Assembly: GCA_963833985.1 (NCBI GenBank)
Contig: CAWIAD010000002.1
Coordinates: forward strand, 192,001 to 256,000
Direction of reading: 5' to 3'
DNA from: an uncultured Planctomycetaceae bacterium
GTDB taxonomy: Bacteria; Planctomycetota; Planctomycetia; Isosphaerales; Isosphaeraceae
Length of the DNA: 64,000 nt
In this document: piece after piece, positions 1-9,984 of the stretch
Layout of the letters: each line of letters begins with the position of its first letter
How positions within the stretch are numbered: position 1 is the first letter of the stretch
Program-made: the position numbers and the translations under genes
Notes under the pieces: generated by a model
What the model saw: only the letters and a program-made list of their open reading frames with translations
Told to the model about the DNA's origin: nothing
Databases searched by the model: none

Positions 1-342
1 GTCAGGTTCCGGCCTTGGCTCGGCGATCTTCACATAGATGCAGCCGGGCTTCAACACGATCACCAAAGCGGTCGCATGTCCGTCGTCTGGTGCAGACATG
101 GTATCCATCCTCATCATTTTTGTGGATTGTCGTGAATCGATCCGGCAACGGGCACGTGCGCTGGGGTCCATTCCATCGGCCTCAACCTTCTCTGCTTTAT
201 CATGTCTGGCTCCCTGCTGCAATTGCCCGGGCGACTTTATCCACGGGCCTCACTCGACACGGCTGGCGGTTTGACAACCTTGAGCCGCTGATTCACAAAG
301 AGCATGAGTGCCTTGTGAAGCTTGAGGAAGCGTTTTGCGTCA

Positions 343-1173
343 TCAGGATCGAGAATCATGGTCTGGTCCCGTCTCGTCCCCAGCTGTGTTAAACACGGAT
401 GTCACTTTCCCTGGCGCCATCAGCTCGATGTCCATCAAGAGAATCGCATGATCAGAAAGTGCACCCTTGGTTCGCCCGACCGATCCCAGCACTCCCAGGT
501 CACACACGTATCTGGACTCCAGGACGGTGAAGTGCCGGCTGACGAAGGCATGATCAAGACGGCAGGGCCTGCCCTTCACTGTCCAGAAGCTCGCCTCTTC
601 CTTCGCGGGTGATGCCATTTGCCACCCGCCGTCCGTGAGCGTCCCGATACAACCTTTGCATAAGGATTCAGGGTCGTCTGGGTCAGTGTTGAAATCCCCG
701 ATAAGCACAAAGGGGCGGTCTCTCACGGTCGATGCGGTCTCGTTGATCCAGTTCCAGCAGGCACTCTTGGTCTTCGGGTCGTTGCTGTAATCTGGTATTC
801 GCAGACCAAGAATTTCGCAGCCGTCCTGCCGCAAGATCACATGGAGGAAGTTCGAGGGCATGGACTTCTCAAGAGCGGGAGCTTGAATGTGGCCGAATTC
901 TACTGGGCCTCGAGATGCGATGAGAACATGATTCTCTCCCAAGGGAGTGACCCGAGAGACCTGCCAGTAAGGGAAACCACGCCTGGCAAGTTGCTCCAGG
1001 AACGGCTGGCGTGAATCTCCATGTACGTATTCATTGAGCACGATCACATCAGGCTGGAGAGAGGCAATTGCATCCACCAGCATCGCGGGAATCGCCCTCG
1101 CTCTCGCCCTGTGATTGAGATTCCAACCCAGAACTCGCAAACCCACTTTTGAAGTCCTTCCGAACATCAGCAC
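343..1173 (-). CDS. Endonuclease/exonuclease/phosphatase (EEP) family protein
   Basis: Motifs LRVLGWNL, PDVIVLNE, IGDFNT, RLDHAFVS and SDHAIL, as in the EEP fold. Confidence 0.9.
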   Translation of the reverse strand: MLMFGRTSKVGLRVLGWNLNHRARARAIPAMLVDAIASLQPDVIVLNEYVHGDSRQPFLEQLARRGFPYWQVSRVTPLGENHVLIASRGPVEFGHIQAPALEKSMPSNFLHVILRQDGCEILGLRIPDYSNDPKTKSACWNWINETASTVRDRPFVLIGDFNTDPDDPESLCKGCIGTLTDGGWQMASPAKEEASFWTVKGRPCRLDHAFVSRHFTVLESRYVCDLGVLGSVGRTKGALSDHAILLMDIELMAPGKVTSVFNTAGDETGPDHDSRS

Positions 1174-1941
1174 CGCATCGAGACGGTTCGGTTTTCCCGC
1201 GTGATCTCATTATCCTCGGAAAACAATAAGAACAAAAAAGGCATGCATGGTCATCTCGTTCTCCTTGCGTCCAGGTGGTTGAGTTCATTCCGGCATTTTT
1301 CCTCGCGCCCGTCTTCGTGTCCGGCTCTGTGCACTGCCTGGCCCGGAATCGCTTTGTTCCCGGTGATGATTGCACGTCGTCGCCCGGCCCCATAGCCCGA
1401 ATTGGGTTCGATTTCACTCGTCAATCCATTGGGAATCCGCACGCAACTCTCTTTTCGCGATGGCTTTACGTCGAGCACAAAATTGGCTTCGATCGATCCA
1501 TTCTTCGAGCGGTGACCACGACCGGCGTGGAAGGATGGCCCAGGATCAACGGACACCCCCAGCCCGCTCTCTGCCCGCACGCCATGGCGCCAGCGTGGCG
1601 GGCCTTGCAGGGGCCTGCCTCCGCTGGCGATGGCACGACAACCGATTCCGAATTGAGAAAGAGCACGATCAGGAAAATGGGGGTCTTCCCGGAACAGCCC
1701 TGGCGAAACTCGTGTGTTCGGCAGGACCCCGGGAAATCGACCATTGCCCCATTCTTAGTATTCACCAGCGCGTGAGCTTTCACGCGCCTTCCGTTATTCC
1801 TGTGGAACCGTGGCCGGATGGTTGTAGCGGTCCTTCACAAACCTGAAACGGCCGGCGAGGAAGGGCTCGCCACGCTCAACCTCCCGCGCGGCGAAATGAA
1901 TGCGCCAGATCGTCCGGATGCGACTCGATCAGGCCGACCAG

Positions 1942-2189
1942 GTGACCACATGAGCGAGCACGTCGTTCGGTTCGGACGCACGGTGATCTCGTTGCCTGCC
2001 TGGTACGGGGTGAGTGACCACGTACGTGAACACATGGCTCGGAGGGGCGATCCGCCAGGCTGATGCGGGTGACCACGTACGTGAGCACGTGGCTCGGATG
2101 GGCGATCCGCCAGGCTGATGCGCGTGACCACGTGCGTGAGCGCGTGGTTCGGACGGGCGCAGCCTTCAACCTCGGCCGTGAGGCCGACC
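1942..2189. repeat. REP-like hairpin array downstream of the Y1 transposase ('end A'), 55-bp period
   Basis: Units start GTGACCACGT at 2014, 2069 and 2124, with a degenerate one at 1942; each has an imperfect hairpin of the type CCACGTRC-GTGA-GCRCGTGG. Confidence 0.85.
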
Positions 2190-2227
2190 AGAACCTGGAC
2201 CGACACACAGAGCATCTCGCCGCGGGC

Positions 2228-3262
2228 TCACCGTGCCGGGCAGCCGCCCAAGTTCGCCAGGTGATGCCGGCCGAGCCGCCCGGCCACGTCCCGCAGCCGT
2301 TCCCGGCTGGCGGCGAAGAACCGGCCCAGCAGCCGGCCACCGGCCAGCTTCAGCAGCCGTGCCTGCCAGCTCTCGGCGTTGCTTCCCAGCCGCTCCAATA
2401 TCCCGGCCAGCTCCGCCGAGATCATCGCCTTCCCTTCGCGAAACACCCGCCCAGTGTAATCCACCAGCAGCAGATAGTTCCCCAGCGAGAACCCCTCGAG
2501 CATCCCTTCCCGCGCTGAGTCGAGACCCCGGCGATCCTCGATCGGGCAGAGCCAGAGCTGCTCTTCCAGCCCGCTCGCCGCCTTCGACCCCGCCACACTG
2601 CCGACCTCGGCGGCCTTCAGATCCTCGGCGCGCTCCTGTTCCTGCACATGCTCCACCCGCTGCTTGATGGACGTGTGCGGGCTGGCCTCGGGCACCTCGG
2701 CGATCCCAGCCGCCACCGGGTTCAGATCGATGTAAGCGCAGGTCGCCAGCAATGATTCCTCGTCCAGGATGGCGACGCTCTGGAACCGCCCCTCGAAGAA
2801 CGCCCCGCGAGTGTTCTCCTCGCGGTTGGCCATCCGCGACAGCGGCTCCTTCAGGCACTTCATGAACCAGCTCAGGCTTTGCAGCCGCTGGCGTGCCATT
2901 GCAACCCACCTGGCGTCTTTCAGCCGTTCCGTGACCCACGCCTCCGAGACCGGCAGGGCCTTTCGTGCCTTGTCGCGCGGTGGAAAAAGCCTCCCCCAGC
3001 GCCGCACGACCTCTTCATCCGACCACCCCACCGCGACATCCGGGTCGAGCCGCACCAGCAGATGTAAGTGATTATCGAGGATGGCGAACCCGCCCACGGC
3101 GATCGAGAAGATCTCCGCAAGTTCCTGGACTCGCCGTTCGATCCATTCCTTGCGGTCGACTCCGCCTTCACCCAGCAGAAACGCCCGCCGCACGCACCGC
3201 GTGATGCAGTGATACCAGCGGGTAACCGTCGGATCCACCAGATGCGCCTGCGCGATCGTCAT
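2228..3262 (-). CDS. Y1 HUH tyrosine transposase (IS200/IS605-superfamily TnpA, RAYT-like), about 344 aa
   Basis: YHCITRCVRRAFL N-terminus, HUH motif NHLH, RF-S motif (EGRFQS) and catalytic Tyr in CAYIDLNPV; ATG at 3262 preceded by GAGGAG. Confidence 0.92.
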   Translation of the reverse strand: MTIAQAHLVDPTVTRWYHCITRCVRRAFLLGEGGVDRKEWIERRVQELAEIFSIAVGGFAILDNHLHLLVRLDPDVAVGWSDEEVVRRWGRLFPPRDKARKALPVSEAWVTERLKDARWVAMARQRLQSLSWFMKCLKEPLSRMANREENTRGAFFEGRFQSVAILDEESLLATCAYIDLNPVAAGIAEVPEASPHTSIKQRVEHVQEQERAEDLKAAEVGSVAGSKAASGLEEQLWLCPIEDRRGLDSAREGMLEGFSLGNYLLLVDYTGRVFREGKAMISAELAGILERLGSNAESWQARLLKLAGGRLLGRFFAASRERLRDVAGRLGRHHLANLGGCPAR

Positions 3263-6200
3263 GTCCGGATCTCCTCGCAAGATCCGCACAACCTACCAGA
3301 TCGGCCCGGCCAAGGCAAGACTGCGTTGCATGTCCTTCTGTCCTTCTTACCAGATCGGCCCGGCCAAGGCAAGACTGCGTTGCATGTCCTTTCTGTCCTC
3401 TCCAACCCCAGATCGGCCCGGCCAAGGCAAGACTGCGTTGCATGTCCTTTCTGTCCCTTTTGTCCCTTTTGTCTGTCTGTTTCTGTCTGTCTGTCCTTTC
3501 CTTTCTGTCCTCCTTCTGTCCTTTCCTTTCTGTCCTTTCTGTCCTTTCCCATCTGTCCTGACTTCACCTTCGATTGCGTTCGCAGCTTCTCAAGAATTGC
3601 CACAAATCGTGGATCGCCGCGAAGAGCGTCGATATCGGGATCAGTTTCGAGCTGGTAATGGTCGTCGAAGCCGGACGTGATCGCCAAATTCAGTGCCTCG
3701 AACGATCGATCGATGAGCTTCTTGCGCTCCGTGAGCCGTTCGGGCGACCACGTCTCGACCGGGTGGTCCCGGTCGAGGTTGTCGGCGGCGATGGCCAGCG
3801 CGAAGGCGCTCTGCAACCGATAGTTCGCCGCGGACTCGTACCCGCCGCCCTGTGCCGCCACGTACTTGAGCAGGTTCTCCGCCTTGGTTCGCGCGAGTTC
3901 GGTCTTCCCGCCCCGGGCCAGGGCGAGCATCCAATCGATAGCAACCCCGAGGTCCCTGGTCCTGGCGCGCGTGTTGCTCGCGGATCGCCAGACATTCGTC
4001 GTACAGCTTCTGCGACTCGGATCGGTTGCCCAGCTTCAGGGCGGCCGTGGCCGACTTGTACAGCATCTGGGATAAGGCTCTATTGATGGCCAGCAGATCG
4101 TCGGATGCGCTCAGATCCCGCGCCAGGGCGAGTGATTCGTCGTACGATTTCTTGGCCTCATCGGCCTGACCCAGGAAGTAGTGCACATCGCCCAGGGTTT
4201 CGAGTATCCTCGACAGATCCAGCCTGTAAGACTGGTTGTTCGGCTTGAGGCTGAGGAGCTCGCGTCGCACGCTGGCCGCTCTCTCGAACTGCTCGACGGC
4301 CAGCCGTCCCGCCTTGTCGCGTTGATGGAGGGCCGCCATCCTATAGTGGAGCTGGGCCACATATACGAGGTCCTCCTCATCGCGGCGCGAAGCCATGACT
4401 TCTAGATACAACGCCAGGGAGCGGTTGAGCAACTCGATCGCCTCAGCGGGTCTTCCCAGCTCGTAGGTGTCCCACCCCAAAGCAGAAAGAGACTTCGCGA
4501 CGAAGCCCTTCCGCGCGGCTTCCGTGTAATGCGGCGTGCGCGGAGAGCGGAGCACGCGTTCGGCAATCGCGAGCGACCTCGAATGGCCCTCGAACGCCCT
4601 GGCGTACTGTCGGTTCATGATCTCGAAATCGGCAACCTTCGCGTAAGCCACCGAGAGGTTCATGGCGGCGAGGTCGAAGTCCGTCGTCTCGTTCTTGTCG
4701 ATCTCCTCCGCCAGGGCGATCGCCCGGGCATATTTTTCCCGGACCGTCTCGACATCCGCATCGCCTCGCGAACGCAGGCTGTCCGCCTCGTGAAGCATCA
4801 GTGTCAGCTTCGCCCGCTGGGTCATCCCGTCCGAGTCGGCTCGGGAAATCTTGTCCACGAATTGCAAGACTTGGCGGCCGAACTGGTCCTGGACGGTCTT
4901 CGTGTAGATCGAGCTTTCGAGCGTATGACGTAGATCATGCACGGCGAAGCTGATGGCCGTTCGATAGCGATCGTACTGCTGCTTCTCACCTTCGCGTGCC
5001 CTGGCCTCGGCAAGGCGCGCCGCTTCCGTCTCCTTTCGACGGCTCTCGGCCCGGATCATGCCGTATGTCGTCCCCGCGATGCCGGCCAGCAGGCTCAAGA
5101 GGACCATGCTAGCGGCAATTACCGCGCCTCGATGCTTGCGGATAAACTTCCTCATCCGGTAGGTGCGGGAGGGCGGCGCGGCCACCACCGGCTCGTGGGC
5201 CAGGTGCCGCTGGATGTCGGCCGCGAAGCCGTTGGCCGTCTCGTAACGACGCGACCGGTCCTTCTCCAGCGCCATCATCACGATCCAGTCGAGGTCCCCC
5301 TGCAACGCCCGCTTCAGGTGCGCCGGCTCGACGTCGCGGCTGGCTGCGATGTTGGGTAGCGCATCGGACGTGCTCACCTTGGTGCTCGGCCTGGGCGGGT
5401 CGACCTCCCGCACCATCCGCAGCATCTCCAGGATCGCACCCCGCTTGAACTGCTTGGCATCGAGCGGCGGCGAACCCGCCAGCAGCTCGTAGAGGATCAC
5501 GCCCAGCGCATAGACGTCGGTCCTCGTGTCGATGTCCATCGACGACGGGTCGGCCTGCTCGGGCGACATGTAGGTCGGTGTGCCCACGATTGCCCCGGTG
5601 TCGCCGAGGCTCTGGTCGGTGAGGTCGAATTCCGTTGCCTTGGCGACACCGAAATCGATAACCTTGGGCGTCGGCCGGCCGTCGACCTCGGTGACCATCA
5701 CATTGCTGGGCTTCAGGTCGCGGTGGATGATCCCTTTTTGGTGCGCGTGCTGCACGGCCTGGCAAACCTGGACGAACAATTCCAGGCGTGCCTGGACCCC
5801 CAGCCGCTTGCCGTCGCAATACTCGGTGATCGGCTCGCCTGGGACGAGCTCCATCACGAAGAACGGTTGGCCGGCCTCGGTGGTGCCGCCGTCGAACACG
5901 CGGGCGATGTTGGGGTGGTCCATCAACGCGAGTGCCTGCCGCTCGGCGTCGAAGCGAGCGAGGACCGCGCGCGAGTCCATGCCGATCTTGATCAGCTTGA
6001 GCGCGACCTGGCGTTTGACTGGTGCCGTTTGGCTTGCCCGATAAACGGTGCCCATGCCCCCCTCGCCGAGGACTTCGAGCAGCGAGTACCGGCCAGCGAT
6101 GACCTGGCCCACTCCGGATCCGCCGGGCCGGCCGCCGCGCGGGGCGACCGCCAATGCGAACTCCGCGCCGTCGGATCGAAGCTCCCCGGTCGCCAGTGCG

Positions 6201-6457
6201 GATAGCGGAAGCGTTGCCGCGTCCGGTGCCGGGGTCTGGTCGAGAGTTTCGTGTGAGGTCGATTCGTGCATTCCCGTGCCGTCTGCTTCCACGGGTCGTC
6301 CGGCCGCGTCGTGAGTGGTGAGCAGTGCTTCCACCTGCGAGCGGAAATCGGCATCATCTCCGCAGACGGTGTCGAGGTAAGTGGCCCGCGCGGCTGGATC
6401 GGTCCGTTTCAGGGCTTCGGCGACGATGGTCATGACCTTCGGGTCATTCGCGGGCAT
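3259..6457 (-). CDS. Ser/Thr protein kinase with TM helix and TPR-like C-terminus (one frameshift near 3957; C-terminal frame reads through the repeat array)
   Basis: GEGGMG, VALK, HRDLKPSN, DFG and GTPTYMSPEQ motifs; ORF 3259..3930 supplies the typical terminal motif DPDIDALRGDPRF. Confidence 0.9.
3290..3318 (-). promoter_or_regulatory. Candidate sigma70 promoter of the transposase
   Basis: Minus strand TTGCCT-N17-TAGGTT with an extended -10 TG; the -35 and spacer lie inside the 42-bp repeat unit. Confidence 0.5.
3296..3560. repeat. Three identical 42-bp direct repeats ('end B') with TGTCC/CTTT low-complexity tracts
   Basis: CCAGATCGGCCCGGCCAAGGCAAGACTGCGTTGCATGTCCTT at 3296, 3350 and 3408; spacers of 12 and 16 nt, then about 110 nt of (T/C)TGTCC(T)n. 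Confidence 0.95.
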
Positions 6458-6541
6458 CAGTTCATCTCCTAGCCGAGGGGCTCATTCCCCATGCCTCATC
6501 GGGCGCGGCGGTGCGCCTGGGGATCCCGAAAGGAGTTTAGA

Positions 6542-6640
6542 TTACCTGACGGCCGACGCGTCGGCGAGCCGGGACCGGGCGAACGCCCAGCGGCGGTCGG
6601 CGGTCCGGCGGCAGATGCCCCGGGAGTAGGCCGTGAGCGG
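6542..6640 (-). pseudogene. C-terminal remnant of an ECF sigma factor (TIGR02999-like region 4)
   Basis: GICRRTADRRWAFARSRLADA* resembles the end of planctomycete kinase-associated ECF sigmas; lies directly upstream of the kinase; no N-terminal part found. Confidence 0.6.
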
Positions 6641-6737
6641 CAACGCGTCAGATGACTGGACTGCGCCGAATCGGGCATGGACGCACCCCGTTAGCAAATC
6701 GAGCCTTGATTTCTGGGCCGCTTTGCCCGCGATGTCG

Positions 6738-6890
6738 GAAAAGCAAGGAAACCAAGGAAAGGACATGCACATGCAAGTAAGAAAGTAAGGAAAAGTAAGG
6801 AAAGGACACGCAATGCAGTCTTGACTCGAGAAGAAGAGGAGAAGAAGAAGAAAGAAGAGGAGGACAGGCAATGCAGCCTGCCCTGGAGCT
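6738..6890 (+). repeat. Inverted homologue of end B: purine-rich tracts each followed by a GGACA-NGCAA motif
   Basis: AAAGGACACGCAATGCAGTCTTG (6801-6823) matches the reverse complement of 3428-3450 at 21/23; further copies at 6758-6769 and 6861-6886. Confidence 0.85.
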
Positions 6891-7579
6891 ACCGGCCCAG
6901 CGTCGGTCAGAACCCGCAGGTCCGGACGCTCTGTGATCGCTGTGCCAGTGTGCTGAGCGGTGGTCCCGCAATCGCTTGAGTCCGACCATTTCTCCGTTCG
7001 CCCACGAGGTTGGCGCCCATCGCCGGCAACGCAAGTGTCCGATTCACCGCGCCTTGACAGGCACGCCGGATGCCGCGCGGACCGCTGTCGATCCGTGTGG
7101 CTCACGCTGGGTGGCGTGAGGCCCCTTGCGTACGTATGAGATCGCAGGCCATGCCGCATGACCCCGGCAATGGCCGCGAGCATAGGGCAACCGTTCGCCG
7201 ATCCAGCGCACGGGTGGGTGCTGACGCGATCGAGCATGTCTCTCAGGTAGGGTCGAGTACTTCGGGCACGATTTCAATCGTGTCATTCTCCTTCCTTTAG
7301 CCCCAATGCCTTTTAACGAAGCACAACTACGGTCTGCTTAATGAGTCTCGCCTGACAACCCGCCGAGAATTCGTTGGGGATTCGTCGTGTCCGGGTGCGT
7401 TTTGGCAATCTCCTGGAAGAAGCGAAACCCCGACGGGGCGGATGATGTGATCGCCCGATTGGTTTTCGCAGGATCTCGAGAAACTCAATCAGGGCCGCGG
7501 AAACGGCGTGCAATCGGTGAGTCTCGCAGAGGCTCCGCGCTCGCCGTTCGGCCTGTCACTCCCAGCGAGGGGGGGAATC

Positions 7580-9943
7580 ATGACATCGTTCTTTTCAGGC
7601 AGAGTCCGCGATGATCGCATGAACCGACGTCAAGTGCGCCGGAAGCGTCTCACCATTGAGCCACTTGAAGACCGCCAAATGCTAACGACCTTCCTCGTCA
7701 CGAGTACCGCCGACAGCGGGGCCGGCAGCTTGCGGCAGGCGCTCATCAGCTCGAATTCCGTCAAGGGGCCGAACACGATCAACTTCAACATCGCCGGTAC
7801 TGGTGGGCACACGATCACCCTGAACTCACCGCTGGCCGTGATCACTCAACCCGTGGTGATCGACGGCACGTCCGAGCCCCATAGCGGGGGCCTGCCGCTC
7901 ATCCAGATCGATGGCACGAGCGCGGGATCCTCGGCGATCGGGCTGAGCGTTGGCTCGACCGCTTCGGCGAGCGTCATCAAGGGCCTGTCCATCACGGATT
8001 TCAAAGGTGGCGGCCTGCTCGTCAACGGGGCCTCCAACGTCACCATCTCCAACGATCTGTTCGGGATGACGAGCCCTTCACTGGGCCCGATCACGCTGCG
8101 GGCCAACGGCGGTTTCGGCATCGAGCTCGAGAATGGCGGCAGCCATAATACCGTGAGCGGCGTGGACATCGTGGGCGGATCTCAGACCCAGGGCGTCCTG
8201 ATCACCGGCACCAACACGAGCAACAACACCGTCCAGAACTCCGAGTTCGGGTCCGATCCCAGTGGAACGATCTTCGTCGCCAGCAACTTTCCCACGCTGG
8301 AGTCGAACACGGCAATTGCGATCACGAAAGGAGCCGCGAATAACCTGGTCACCGGGAACCTGCTCGCGACTTACTTCAGTTATGGTGTCTACCTGGCGGA
8401 CACTGGCACGGCGAGCAACGTGCTCACGGGCAACAAGCTCGGCACGGATGTCACGGGCACGCACCTGGCGGGCGGCAACCCGGCCTTCGGAATCTATTTC
8501 GCTGGTGGAGCGACGAGGAATACCGTCGGCGGCACGACCTCAGCCAGTCGCAACCTGATCGACGGCAACCAAGCCTGCGGCATCTTCTTCGCGCCAGGCT
8601 CGTCGAACAACCTCGTGGAAGGTAACAACATCGGCACGAACGCCGCGGGCACCGGTGCTCTGCCCAACGTGACCGGCGTGGTGCTCGAGGCCGAGTCCCG
8701 CTACAACACGATCGGTGGAACCACCACAGGCGCTCTCAACCTGATCTCGGGAAACTCGTTTGCCGGGGTTGACCTGGTCGGGGCGTCAAACACTCTGATC
8801 GAGGGGAATGACATCGGAACGGATGTCACGGGCACCAAGCCGCTCCCCAACGGCGGCAACGGCGTGTTGGTGCAGAATGGGTCAGGCTGTAACACGATCG
8901 GCGGGACCACCGCAGGCGCCCGCAACGTCATCTCGGGGAATGGCACCAACGGCGTCCTCATCACCGACGCCTGCACCTCGCTGAACCTGATCGAGGGGAA
9001 CTACATCGGCACCAATGCCGCGGGGACGGGCCCGGTCGCCAATGGCAACGACGGCGTGTTGGTCCAGTCCGGGGCCACCTCGAACACGATCGGAGGAACC
9101 ACCACCGGCGGCCTCAATGTCATCTCGGGCAACCAGGTCTGCGGCGTCTATCTTCTCGGTGCCGGTACCTCACTCAACGTGGTTGAGGGCAATGAGATCG
9201 GAACGACCGCCGCGGGCACCGGTGCTCTGCCCAATCTTATCAACGGCGTGGACATCGTCTCCGGGGCAACCAACAACACCATTGGCGGCACGACTCCCGG
9301 CACTCGCAACATCGTCTCGGGAAACACCTACAACGGCGTGGTCATCGCCTTTGCCGGCGCCTCGAACAACATCGTCGAAGGCAATGATATTGGAACCACG
9401 GCCAACGGCGTGGGAGCCCTCCCCAACGGTGCCGACGGTGTCGATGTGATCGGCGGAGCGACGGGCAACACGATCGGCGGCTTATCGCCTTCCCAGGGCA
9501 ACGTCATTGCCGGGAACCGGAACAACGGCATCACCATCACAGGCGCCGGCACCAACGCCAACCTCATCCTCAGCAATCATATCGGCACGGATCTCACGGG
9601 GACGGTGCCACTCGGAAACCTGGGTAACGGCGTGCAGTTCGACAGCGGGGCGTCCAACAACCTGCTAGGCGGTTCGACCGGCAGCGGCCTGAACTACATC
9701 GCGTTCAACCAGGGCAATGGAGTTCTCATAACGGGCGCAGGCACGACCGGTAACGTGGTCCAGTACGATTTCATTGTCCAGAATGGCCAGAACGGCATCT
9801 CCGTCTCTCAGGCGGCCGGAAATACGATCCAGGATTGCACGATCGAGATCAACGCGTGGTGGGGCATCGCCCTCACACAGAGCGATCCCACCTACCTCAT
9901 CAACAACATCCTTGCCGGCAACGGCTACGGGGGTATCTCGTGA
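7580..9943 (+). CDS. Extracellular right-handed beta-helix repeat protein with planctomycete extracellular leader
   Basis: RKRLTIEPLEDRQMLT leader, DSGAGSLRQA motif, many GNxIGTxxxGT / NTIGGTT..NxISGN repeats. Confidence 0.88.
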   Translation: MTSFFSGRVRDDRMNRRQVRRKRLTIEPLEDRQMLTTFLVTSTADSGAGSLRQALISSNSVKGPNTINFNIAGTGGHTITLNSPLAVITQPVVIDGTSEPHSGGLPLIQIDGTSAGSSAIGLSVGSTASASVIKGLSITDFKGGGLLVNGASNVTISNDLFGMTSPSLGPITLRANGGFGIELENGGSHNTVSGVDIVGGSQTQGVLITGTNTSNNTVQNSEFGSDPSGTIFVASNFPTLESNTAIAITKGAANNLVTGNLLATYFSYGVYLADTGTASNVLTGNKLGTDVTGTHLAGGNPAFGIYFAGGATRNTVGGTTSASRNLIDGNQACGIFFAPGSSNNLVEGNNIGTNAAGTGALPNVTGVVLEAESRYNTIGGTTTGALNLISGNSFAGVDLVGASNTLIEGNDIGTDVTGTKPLPNGGNGVLVQNGSGCNTIGGTTAGARNVISGNGTNGVLITDACTSLNLIEGNYIGTNAAGTGPVANGNDGVLVQSGATSNTIGGTTTGGLNVISGNQVCGVYLLGAGTSLNVVEGNEIGTTAAGTGALPNLINGVDIVSGATNNTIGGTTPGTRNIVSGNTYNGVVIAFAGASNNIVEGNDIGTTANGVGALPNGADGVDVIGGATGNTIGGLSPSQGNVIAGNRNNGITITGAGTNANLILSNHIGTDLTGTVPLGNLGNGVQFDSGASNNLLGGSTGSGLNYIAFNQGNGVLITGAGTTGNVVQYDFIVQNGQNGISVSQAAGNTIQDCTIEINAWWGIALTQSDPTYLINNILAGNGYGGIS

Positions 9944-9984
9944 CGGGAGCTGGTCCCGGGGCAGAAAATGAGAGGCGGCGGGGT

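Noticed and set aside
1395..1425. tRNA T-loop-like GGTTCGATT
   Set aside because: The flanks do not form a T-stem or cloverleaf.
1251..1846. Overlapping 100-166 aa ORFs on both strands
   Set aside because: No recognisable motifs or consistent coding signal; cannot support a gene call.
2014..2160. CRISPR array or coding repeat
   Set aside because: The units are tandem with near-identical intervening sequence and no unique spacers; the 55-bp period is not a multiple of 3, so the overlapping ORFs are spurious.
1200..3300. IS605/OMEGA system (TnpB or IscB with omega-RNA)
   Set aside because: No RuvC or Zn-finger nuclease ORF next to the Y1 transposase.
3296..3449. CRISPR array (three identical 42-bp repeats with variable spacers)
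   Set aside because: Spacers are only 12 and 16 nt, low-complexity and derived from the repeat end; no cas genes; the unit contains the transposase promoter region.
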